In this document: positions 25,689 to 33,975 of the stretch, in pieces
Numbering within the stretch: position 1 is the stretch's first letter
Layout: the number at the start of each line of letters is the position of its first letter
Assembly (NCBI GenBank): GCA_003151975.1
Contig: PLZD01000010.1
Location: 201,261 to 265,260, forward strand
Source: Elusimicrobiota bacterium
Lineage (GTDB): Bacteria; Elusimicrobiota; Elusimicrobia; UBA1565; UBA9628
Direction of reading: 5' to 3'
DNA: 64,000 nucleotides
Made by a program: the position numbers and the translations under genes
The notes under the pieces: model-generated
Told to the model about the DNA's origin: nothing
Seen by the model: only the letters and a program-made list of their open reading frames with translations
Database searches by the model: none

Positions 25689-27815
25689 TTATTGCCCGGC
25701 GTCGCCAGCTGTCGGAGGCTGCTGCGGCGGTTGGCTCTGCTGCGGCGTCGGCACCGGCTTCTTGCGCGGGATCGGCGGGCGGATGGTTTGGGCGCGATAA
25801 TTGTCGCTGTCTCCGCTGAGAGCCGGGAAATAATACTCGGCCGTCTTCTTGATCATCGGGTAGTCGGCGTTCTGCGCATCCGTGATGCCGTCTCTTGAGG
25901 CCAAAATGCCGGCGGTGATCGTCTTGCCGATCTGGAGCTGGCTCGTGCCCAGCAACATCGGAAGCTCGCCGTAAACGCGCGATCGCAGCGTGAACTCGCC
26001 CATAGCGGGCATGACTCCCGTCGCCAGCCCTTGACGGAAAGTCGACACGTTGCTGAGCAGAGAGCTTTCGTACCCCGCGCGGAGGGTGCCGCCGCCGAAG
26101 CCCGAGGCCGTGTTCGCGCCGGCTTCGTAAAGCGAGGTGACTTGCTCCATCCGCGCGACCTGAGGAGCGATGGATGTCATGGCCTCGGCTTTCTGGGCTT
26201 CGGAGAGCAGCGCGAACGATGAGACGCCCGCGCGTCGAGCGTAGCCCTCGAGAAGAGTCGCGCGAACTTGGATCATTTGCAGCGCGTGGACGGGTTCGTG
26301 GGCCTGACCGATGGCAGTATTGACCGTGATGCGGTCAGCCGACACGCTTTCTGCGGCGCCGAGGCTCTTTACGTCCTGCCATGCAGCGCGCAGCTTGCCC
26401 GCGCGGAGATTTTTCGCGAGGCTGCTGCCGTCGGAGACTTCCATTGTGATGCCGTACTTGCCGGCGTATTCCTGCAGCCCCGTCGTCAAAGCTTTCGCCT
26501 GCTTCGTGGCAAGAATGGTCCCGCCTTGTGCCGTGCTCTCCTTGACCACCGTCGTCAATCCCTGTTCGACCACTCGGGCGGCCTCGGCCGCGTGAGCGTC
26601 CGCAGCTACGATGCCCAACGCATCGCCGGTCGCGATGGCCTTCGCGTATGGTAGAGCCTTGCCGGTCACTGTGGCGCCGCGCAGCAGCTCGACGCCCGGG
26701 ATAAAAGTCATGGCGCTTAAGAGCGTATTTCCGCCAACCTTCGCGAGATCCCACGATTGCCTACCCCAAGTGGAGTCGCGATTGTGGTCCCACCGCAGTT
26801 GGTCGCTGCTTTGCTCGACGGCGCCGAAGCCGCTGATGTGGTAGAAGAATTTCATCGTGCCCGCGCCCATGTAAACGGCTGTCGCCATGCCGGGTCCTCG
26901 CTGGCCGTGGTCGACCATCGCGTCGTTGCCCTTCTGCATGTCGTCCCAATACTTCCAAGCGCCGGTCGCCCAGCCGTACTCGAATCCGGGTTGGCCCATT
27001 TGCGGCGCGTCGTGCGAGATCTCCGAAACGGGCGCGGGCACCTTCTTGTTGAGATCCGTCAGGCCGCCCGGCAGCTGCACGCGGGGCATATCCGAAATGT
27101 TCGACAGCTCGGCTTGCGTCAAAGGAGCGTTGGGATTGCGGCGGCCAACGATGACCGCGTTGCCGTTGCCATCGACGAACATCAGTCCGCCGAGGGCTTG
27201 GGCATATTGGCCGGCTTTCGCGGTGACCTGGCTGGAGACCTGCGTGTTGAGTTTGGGATTAGCGAGGACGCGCCGCGCCGCCTCGGCATCCATCGCCAAT
27301 TCTGCCTTTGATTTGTGCGCGGGGGCTCCTTGGCCGCGCACTTTGTCGCGGTAGAGCTTCATCAGCGCCGCTTTCTCATCCGTGCTGGGTTCGCGGCCGA
27401 ATAAAGCTTGAGCGACGATGATGATCGTTTGCTCGTAGACCTCGATTGGATCGGCGGGATCGCGGCCCTGCTGAACCGCGATCGCTTGAGCCTTGCTGTC
27501 ATCGAGGATCTTGAGGCCATTGCGCGCGTCTTGAGGGGAGATCGCTTGACCGGCGGCGTTTGACGCGTCGTCGCGATCGATGGGAGGCAGCTTGCTCGTA
27601 AGTTGACGGAAAATGTCGCCCGTCAAAGCCTGCTCGACGGGCCGCCCTTCGAGATAGGCCTTGGCGGCCTGCGCCTTCGCATCGCGGAAAATCTTGGCGA
27701 AGTCCTGGGATTTGACGGCCCAATCCATTTGAGGCTGGGTCGCGATGGGGCTCTCGGCCATCACTGGCGCGGTTTGGCAGAGGAGCATTGCGAGGACCAA
27801 AGTGCTTTGGCGCAT
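25689..27815 (-). CDS. Secreted ~708-aa hypothetical protein with HExxH motif
   Basis: Signal peptide MRQSTLVLAMLLCQTAPVMA; AHEPVHALQ at 26286-26300; upstream TTGACA-17-AATACT. Confidence 0.7.
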   Translation of the reverse strand: MRQSTLVLAMLLCQTAPVMAESPIATQPQMDWAVKSQDFAKIFRDAKAQAAKAYLEGRPVEQALTGDIFRQLTSKLPPIDRDDASNAAGQAISPQDARNGLKILDDSKAQAIAVQQGRDPADPIEVYEQTIIIVAQALFGREPSTDEKAALMKLYRDKVRGQGAPAHKSKAELAMDAEAARRVLANPKLNTQVSSQVTAKAGQYAQALGGLMFVDGNGNAVIVGRRNPNAPLTQAELSNISDMPRVQLPGGLTDLNKKVPAPVSEISHDAPQMGQPGFEYGWATGAWKYWDDMQKGNDAMVDHGQRGPGMATAVYMGAGTMKFFYHISGFGAVEQSSDQLRWDHNRDSTWGRQSWDLAKVGGNTLLSAMTFIPGVELLRGATVTGKALPYAKAIATGDALGIVAADAHAAEAARVVEQGLTTVVKESTAQGGTILATKQAKALTTGLQEYAGKYGITMEVSDGSSLAKNLRAGKLRAAWQDVKSLGAAESVSADRITVNTAIGQAHEPVHALQMIQVRATLLEGYARRAGVSSFALLSEAQKAEAMTSIAPQVARMEQVTSLYEAGANTASGFGGGTLRAGYESSLLSNVSTFRQGLATGVMPAMGEFTLRSRVYGELPMLLGTSQLQIGKTITAGILASRDGITDAQNADYPMIKKTAEYYFPALSGDSDNYRAQTIRPPIPRKKPVPTPQQSQPPQQPPTAGDAGQ

Positions 27816-27904
27816 AGAGGGGCTCGGCTTCCTTACAGTATTGGGCCGAGAGGGCGATCTGTCAATGACTTTCTTCGATTTTACCGAGGTTTTGTCGAGG
27901 CTGC

Positions 27905-27933
27905 TGGAACATTTTCGGGGGGTCAATCGTATA
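27905..27933 (+). promoter_or_regulatory. ECF-sigma-like promoter TGGAAC-17-CGTA, copy 2, upstream of comEC
   Basis: TGGAACATTTTCGGGGGGTCAATCGTATA; ATG 6 nt after the motif, as in copy 1. Confidence 0.6.
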
Positions 27934-27939
27934 CTCTTC

Positions 27940-29688
27940 ATGCCTCTCTCATACCTGCGGCGGCCGTTGTTCCTGGCGCTGGTCGTTTACATCGCGGCGC
28001 TCGCCGGGCTGCATGCCGCGGGATTTTTCCGGATCTTCGTTCCGCGGGAGACGCTGGCCTGGCGCGATGAGCCGACAATCTCTCTCGAAGGCGTGATCGC
28101 CTCGCCGCGGCGCGAGGATGGGCGAGGCGTGAAGTTCGTCGTCGCGGAGGCGCGCGTCGCGGGAGTCGACGCGCGGTCGAAGGTCTTGGTCTACTTGCCC
28201 CGCGGCGCGCCGGGAACAGAGGCGTGTCTGCCGGGCCGGACCGTGGCGCTGACGGGCCGCCTGCGCCTGCCGCGCTGGCCGCGCAATCCCGGCGAGTTCG
28301 ACGAACGCGGTTTCCTGTCGGACCGCGGCATCGGCTGGATCATGCAAGCGTCAAGCGTCGAGCCGCTGGGAGCGCCCGTCTCGCCGCGCTGGCGGCTGCT
28401 CGCGGTGGCCGAGAAGGTCCGACTGTCGATGCAAGCGGCCTTCGAGCGCGGATTCGGCGAGACTGACGCGCGTTTGCTGACGGCGGTCACACTCGGCTAC
28501 AAGGCTCCGCTGCCGCGGAGCCTGAACCGCGCGATCCAGGACTCGGGCGCGATGCATCTGCTCGTTCCGAGCGGGGCGAAGGTCGCCTTCGTGCTCTTGT
28601 TCATCGGCTGGATCGCGTCGACGCTCGGGCTTCCGCCGGGCTGGCGTCTGGCCGCGGCCGCGATCGCCGGAGGCTTCTACACGATCATGGTCGGCGGCGA
28701 GCCGCCTTACGCGCGCGCGTATCTCGGCGGCCTGGCGCTCGGTTTGGGCGCGCTCATCGACCGCGAGGCGGGCGCGTTCCAGGCCTTGGTGCTGTCGGCG
28801 TGGATTATTTTACTCGCCGATCCCCGAGCGTTGTTCTCGGCGGGGTTTCAAATGACTTACGCGGCGATGATCGGGCTCATCCTCGCGATGCCGCGCGTCG
28901 ACGCGGGTTTGCCCGGCCGCTGGCCGAAGGCCGCGCGCGGGCTTTGCTGCGTCGCCGCGGTGACAGTGATCGTACAGCTGATGCTGTGGCCGATCTTCGC
29001 GAACACTTTCGGCCGCGCGGCGGCTCTCGGTGCCTGCGCCAATCTCGCGCTCGTGCCGCTGTCGGGAGTGATCCTGGCTGGAGGCTTCATCTATTGGATT
29101 GTCGGACATGGCGCGCCCGTGCTTTCATCGCTTCTCTCCCTGCTTAAGTGGATCTGTTTTCAAGCGTCCAATCTTCCCTGGGCTGCGGTCAACCTCACGC
29201 CACTGACTCCTTGCGAGGTCCTGGCCTACTATCTTTTTGCCGCGGCAATCCTCATCCTTCCGCGACGAAGGATCGCCGCGGTCCTCGCGGCCTCCGCCAT
29301 TACATTCCACATCCTCTCCCTAACGGCCGCGAGGTTTTCAACGGCTCCATTGCATATCGTCTACCTCAGCCTACCGTCCGAGACGGCGGCGCTCGCTTGG
29401 CGTCATGGCAAGACCATTCTGATCGGACCGGCCGAGCCGTCGGCCCCCGTTTACCGCGCGATGAAGGCGCTCGGCGTGCGGCGGCTCGACGAAACCGTCG
29501 CGCTCGCGCAAAACCGCCGATTTTCTCTGTGCGAGGGCGGCGTCTGCTTTCGATTCGACCCGCCGCGCGTCCTACGAGGCTCCGAGGAATTTGATATAAT
29601 CGCTTCTCGCCTCAAGAGATCGTCCCTCGAGGCGTCTACCGATGGCTCTCGAATCGAAATCAAAGAAGCATCAGGAGCACGCCATTAA
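27940..29688 (+). CDS. comEC: ComEC/Rec2 DNA-uptake channel with truncated C-terminal MBL domain
   Basis: DUF4131-like OB region with RNPGEFD; competence domain with SGAMHLLVPSG, DPRALFSAGFQMTY and ANLALVP. Confidence 0.88.
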   Translation: MPLSYLRRPLFLALVVYIAALAGLHAAGFFRIFVPRETLAWRDEPTISLEGVIASPRREDGRGVKFVVAEARVAGVDARSKVLVYLPRGAPGTEACLPGRTVALTGRLRLPRWPRNPGEFDERGFLSDRGIGWIMQASSVEPLGAPVSPRWRLLAVAEKVRLSMQAAFERGFGETDARLLTAVTLGYKAPLPRSLNRAIQDSGAMHLLVPSGAKVAFVLLFIGWIASTLGLPPGWRLAAAAIAGGFYTIMVGGEPPYARAYLGGLALGLGALIDREAGAFQALVLSAWIILLADPRALFSAGFQMTYAAMIGLILAMPRVDAGLPGRWPKAARGLCCVAAVTVIVQLMLWPIFANTFGRAAALGACANLALVPLSGVILAGGFIYWIVGHGAPVLSSLLSLLKWICFQASNLPWAAVNLTPLTPCEVLAYYLFAAAILILPRRRIAAVLAASAITFHILSLTAARFSTAPLHIVYLSLPSETAALAWRHGKTILIGPAEPSAPVYRAMKALGVRRLDETVALAQNRRFSLCEGGVCFRFDPPRVLRGSEEFDIIASRLKRSSLEASTDGSRIEIKEASGARH

Positions 29689-30523
29689 CTCCGCGGTGGT
29701 TTTTTATAACGCCACGAAACCCGAGGCGGTGCGCATGATGCGCGTCGTCACCAAGGCGTTAAAAGAGCGCGGCGTGCGCGTTTGGCTCGGCCAATCCGGC
29801 TCCATCCGCGAGAAGCTGCGCCTGGCCGACATCGCCGTGGCGCTTGGCGGCGACGGAACCATGCTGCACGCCGCGCGCATACTCGCGCCGCACTCGATCC
29901 CGCTGTTGGGCGTCAACTCGGGCGGGCTGGGCTTTCTCTCCGGCACGGACGCTTCCGAGTTCAACCGCGATTGCGACGCGATCTTGAAGGGCAAGTTCGT
30001 GCTCGAGGAGCGCTGGATGGTCAGCGTCGAGGCCTATCGCGGCAAGCGTAAATTGTTCGGGCCCAACATCGCCTTGAACGACGTGGTCATCCGCTGCGGC
30101 GACCAGGCGCGTGCCATCTCGCTGAACGTCAAATCCGCCGACCTTTTTGTCGCCGACTACTTCGGCGACGGCCTCATCGTCTCGACGCCGACGGGCTCCA
30201 CGGCTTACAACTTGGCGGCCTCGGGGCCCATCGTCGACCCGAGCCTCGACGTTCTGCTGCTCGCGCCCATCTGCCCGCACACCTTGACCCAGCGGCCGCT
30301 GATCATCCCGGTCGAGGACCCGCTCACGATCAAGCTAACCACGCGCCGCGCCCACGAAGTGCCGCGCGTGCTGCTCTCGCTCGACGGCCAGCTCGGCTGC
30401 GCGCTCAAGGTCGGCGACGAGGTGCGCATCAAGCGCTACGAGAAGCCCTTCAAGCTCCTGCTCAATCCCAAGCGCTCGTATTACGAGGTTCTGCGCCGCA
30501 AGCTTCACTGGGGGGAACGCTAA
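29642..30523 (+). CDS. nadK: NAD(+) kinase
   Basis: LGGDGTML, LND and GDGLIVSTPTGSTAYNLAASGP motifs. Confidence 0.96.
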   Translation: MALESKSKKHQEHAINSAVVFYNATKPEAVRMMRVVTKALKERGVRVWLGQSGSIREKLRLADIAVALGGDGTMLHAARILAPHSIPLLGVNSGGLGFLSGTDASEFNRDCDAILKGKFVLEERWMVSVEAYRGKRKLFGPNIALNDVVIRCGDQARAISLNVKSADLFVADYFGDGLIVSTPTGSTAYNLAASGPIVDPSLDVLLLAPICPHTLTQRPLIIPVEDPLTIKLTTRRAHEVPRVLLSLDGQLGCALKVGDEVRIKRYEKPFKLLLNPKRSYYEVLRRKLHWGER

Positions 30524-30524
30524 G

Positions 30525-32183
30525 ATGTTGCGCGAGCTGACGATCAAGAATTTCGCGATCATCGAGAACGAGACCCTGCGCCTCGGCGAGGGGCTCAACG
30601 TGCTGACCGGCGAGACCGGGGCGGGCAAGTCGATCTTGATCGAGGCTTTGGGCTTCCTGCTCGGCGCGCGCGGCTCGTCCTCATGGCTGCGCGCCGGAGC
30701 CGACCGCCTCGAGGTCTCGGGCGTGTTCGACTCGAAGGATTTCCCGAAAGAGATCCGAACGCAATTCAAAATCGCGGGTCCCGTGACCACGATCCGCCGC
30801 GAGCTCGACGCCTCGGGCAAGACGCGCGCGATCATCAACTCGCAGTCGGCCCCGCTTTCCACCTTGGCGTTATTAGGGGAGAGCCTCGTCGATTTTCACG
30901 GCCAGCACGAGCACCAGACTTTGGTCAAATCCTCGGCCCAACTCGCCCTGCTCGACGGCTACGGCGGCCTCATGGAAGAACTGGAGGCGGCGCGCGCGGC
31001 GTACGAGTCCTGGTCGATGCTGTCGGGGGAGCTCGATTCCGCGGCGATGTCCGACGAGGAGCGCCGCAAGCGCATTGAGCTGTCGCGCTTCCAGCTGCAG
31101 GAGCTCTCCGAGGCGAAGCTGAAAGTCGGCGAGGACGAGGAGCTCGAGGCTGCGTTGCCCCGGCTCAAAAACGCCGAGCGCCTGCGCACGCTGGCGGGCG
31201 GCGCCTACGACCTGCTCTACGGCCAGGACGGCTCGATCTTGGGCGGGCTCTTGAAGGCCGAGCGGGCCCTGGCCGAACTCTCGAAGATCGACGAGTCGAT
31301 GCGGGCCACGCACGATTCGCTGGAAACAGCCCGGCTCGCGCTCGAAGACCTCTCTCACGCTCTCGGCGATTACTACGACAAGCTTGGCTCAGATCCCGCC
31401 AAGCTCGATCAGATCATGTCGCGCCAAGACGCCTTGGCGCGCCTCAAGAAAAAATACGGCCCGACCGTCGAGGATCTGCTCGCCGCGCTTGAGAAGGCCG
31501 CGCTCGAGGTCTCGCGCCTGGAGAACTCCGCCGCGACGCTGGGCGAGCTCGAGCAAAAGCTCGCGGAGGCTCAGAAGGTGCTCGACGGCGCCTGCGAGGT
31601 TCTTCATCATGCTCGCCTCAAGGCCGCCCAGTCGCTCGAGGCCAAGCTCTCGAAAGAACTCAAGGTCCTCGGCATGGCGCAGGCGCAGTTCTCGGTCTCG
31701 GTCGAGATGGAAGAGGGCCGCTACACGCGGACCGGGGCGGACGCCGTCGAGTTCATGCTCGCGGCCAACCCCGGCGAACCGATGCGCCCGATCAAGGCCG
31801 TGGCCTCGGGCGGCGAGCTCTCGCGCGTGATGCTCGCCTTGAAAACCGTTTTGGCGCTCGCCGACCGCGTCCCGGTCCTCGTTTTCGACGAGGTCGACGC
31901 CGGCATCGGCGGGGCTGTCGCGCGCGCCGTGGGCCAGAAGCTCGCGGGCCTCGGGCAAAACCGCCAAGTCTTGTGCGTGACGCACCTGCCGCAGGTCGCT
32001 TGCTTCGGCCGCGAGCACTTCCAAGTCATCAAGGAAGTCTCCGGCGGCCGTACGAAAGTCGGCGTCACTCGCCTCGACGGGAAGAACCGCCTCGAGGCCA
32101 TCGCTTTGATGCTCGGCGGCCGCGAGGCCACGCCGGCTAGCCGCAAACACGCCCAGGAATTATTGGAGAGCTCGAGCGCATGA
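30525..32183 (+). CDS. recN: DNA repair protein RecN
   Basis: LTGETGAGKS, HGQHEHQ, ASGGELSRVMLALK, FDEVDAGIGG and VTHLPQVA motifs. Confidence 0.97.
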   Translation: MLRELTIKNFAIIENETLRLGEGLNVLTGETGAGKSILIEALGFLLGARGSSSWLRAGADRLEVSGVFDSKDFPKEIRTQFKIAGPVTTIRRELDASGKTRAIINSQSAPLSTLALLGESLVDFHGQHEHQTLVKSSAQLALLDGYGGLMEELEAARAAYESWSMLSGELDSAAMSDEERRKRIELSRFQLQELSEAKLKVGEDEELEAALPRLKNAERLRTLAGGAYDLLYGQDGSILGGLLKAERALAELSKIDESMRATHDSLETARLALEDLSHALGDYYDKLGSDPAKLDQIMSRQDALARLKKKYGPTVEDLLAALEKAALEVSRLENSAATLGELEQKLAEAQKVLDGACEVLHHARLKAAQSLEAKLSKELKVLGMAQAQFSVSVEMEEGRYTRTGADAVEFMLAANPGEPMRPIKAVASGGELSRVMLALKTVLALADRVPVLVFDEVDAGIGGAVARAVGQKLAGLGQNRQVLCVTHLPQVACFGREHFQVIKEVSGGRTKVGVTRLDGKNRLEAIALMLGGREATPASRKHAQELLESSSA

Positions 32184-33235
32184 GGAAAGGGGTTAGGCGT
32201 AGTGGAAAACAAGCACGAAAGTCTCGGCCGACCCGGCTAAGAGCATTTCGCCCGAATACGAAGAGCGGGATGTGGGCCACGGGAGATATTTCTAAAACAG
32301 GAATTGTCTTCGACGCTGACGGCACGAGGGTTCCGCATCCGATTCCTTATCAAGGCAGCAAGCGAAATCTGTCTTCACAAATTCTATCGTACTTTCCCAA
32401 TCACATCAGCACCCTTATTGAACCGTTTGTTGGTTCGGGTGCGATTACTCTTGCTGCGGCTGTACGCGGCTTGGCTGAAAACTACCACTTGAATGACCTC
32501 AATGCACCTCTTGTAGAACTGTGGCGGACTATTATCGAAGAGCCGAATAAATTAGCAAAGAAGTACGAAACGATTTGGCACGAACAACACGCTGACCGCC
32601 GCGAGTATTATTGCGAAGTTCGTAACGAATTCAACCACACGCGTAAGCCCCACCACTTTCTCTACCTGCTGGCTCGGTGCGTCAAGGCTTCTGTTCGGTA
32701 TAACTCGAAGGGTGAATTTAACCAGAGTCCCGATAATCGGAGAATGGGAGCAATGCCTTCGACGATGCGGGATCATGTTCTCGGCGCCTCCTATCTGTTA
32801 AGAGGTAAGGCGAAATGTACCGCTGAGGACTATAAGACTCTTGTGCAACGCGCCAGTGCTGAGGATCTCGTTTACATGGATCCACCCTATCAGGGGGTAT
32901 CGGGTGATCGCGACTCTCGATATCTGAGGGGGGTACCCTTTGATGAATTTGTCGAAGTTTTACGCGATCTGAATAAACGTCAGATAAGCTACATCGTGAG
33001 TTACGATGGGCGGACCGGTGATAAGATCCACGGACGGACGCTGCCGCACACACTGCAGCTCAAGCACATTGAATTAGCAGCGGGACGATCGTCGCAAGAA
33101 ACGCTCTTGGGAAGAACGGCTGTCACCTACGAATCTCTTTACCTTTCTCCAGCACTAGAAAAGCGACTTGGGCCTTCTCGCACGCATTGCAAGGCAACAG
33201 TTGAGCAACTTGTGTTACTTGGGGCAAGCAGGTGA
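32180..33235 (+). CDS. Dam/D12-class N6-adenine DNA methyltransferase
   Basis: PYQGSKR, EPFVGSGA and YMDPPY motifs; low GC. Confidence 0.93.
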   Translation: MRKGVRRSGKQARKSRPTRLRAFRPNTKSGMWATGDISKTGIVFDADGTRVPHPIPYQGSKRNLSSQILSYFPNHISTLIEPFVGSGAITLAAAVRGLAENYHLNDLNAPLVELWRTIIEEPNKLAKKYETIWHEQHADRREYYCEVRNEFNHTRKPHHFLYLLARCVKASVRYNSKGEFNQSPDNRRMGAMPSTMRDHVLGASYLLRGKAKCTAEDYKTLVQRASAEDLVYMDPPYQGVSGDRDSRYLRGVPFDEFVEVLRDLNKRQISYIVSYDGRTGDKIHGRTLPHTLQLKHIELAAGRSSQETLLGRTAVTYESLYLSPALEKRLGPSRTHCKATVEQLVLLGASR

Positions 33236-33975
33236 CGCTCCCGAAGCTCCCGGCAAAATTCATTCGTCTTTGTAATAGTGTCACCGCGAAACGTCCGAGG
33301 ACGGTGATCGAGCATATTCTGAAACACGGGTTCATTACTACCGAAGTTCTGAAGGAAAAATACGGCTACAGCCATCCGCCCCGTGCAGCGCGCGACGTGA
33401 AGGAACACGGTATTCCGATTGTCATGTTTCGAGTCATTGGTCGCGATGGGCGAAAGATTGCTGCATATAAGTTCGGAGACCCAGGGAAGTTGCGTATGGG
33501 AACCCAACTTGGGCGGACCGTTTTATCGAAGGAGTTGAAGCAGTCACTCCTTGAACGGGATGGCGCCAAATGCGCCATCTATTGTGTCCCCTTTCCGGAA
33601 CGTGAGCTGCAGATCGATCACAGGGTTCCGTTCGAGGTCGTTGGCGACGCCCCAAAGACAAGTGCGAAAATTGCAGACTTCATGCTCCTTTGCGGATCGG
33701 CCAATCGAGCGAAATCGTGGTCCTGCGAGCATTGTGTGAATTGGATTGAACTCAAGAAGCCGGAAGTTTGCCGAGAGTGCTATTGGGCCTATCCGGGAAA
33801 CTATGCCCATATAGCCATGCGTCCGGTACGACGGGCCGATATCCTTTGGAACGAGGATGAAGTCGTGGACTACGAGTTGCTTAAGCGCAAAACAGAGCAG
33901 TTGCAGAGGAATATACCGAGTTACGTTAAGGAAATTGTTAAAGAGCATCTAAAAGGTGGTGGACGGAATGGGTAA
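33232..33975 (+). CDS. HNH restriction endonuclease, SphI/NspI-like
   Basis: GYSHPPRAARD, LQIDHRVPF and NRAKSWSCEHC, which from memory resemble R.SphI; GTGA-coupled to the MTase. Confidence 0.8.
   Translation: MTLPKLPAKFIRLCNSVTAKRPRTVIEHILKHGFITTEVLKEKYGYSHPPRAARDVKEHGIPIVMFRVIGRDGRKIAAYKFGDPGKLRMGTQLGRTVLSKELKQSLLERDGAKCAIYCVPFPERELQIDHRVPFEVVGDAPKTSAKIADFMLLCGSANRAKSWSCEHCVNWIELKKPEVCRECYWAYPGNYAHIAMRPVRRADILWNEDEVVDYELLKRKTEQLQRNIPSYVKEIVKEHLKGGGRNG

Noticed and set aside
24868..25690. Integron cassette array for the small low-GC membrane genes
   Set aside because: No convincing RYYYAAC...GTTRRRY attC hairpins and no integrase
27745..27941. Apparent 197-bp head-to-head overlap between comEC and the 750-aa ORF
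   Set aside because: Better-supported starts are 27940 (comEC) and 27815 (signal peptide), leaving a normal divergent promoter region
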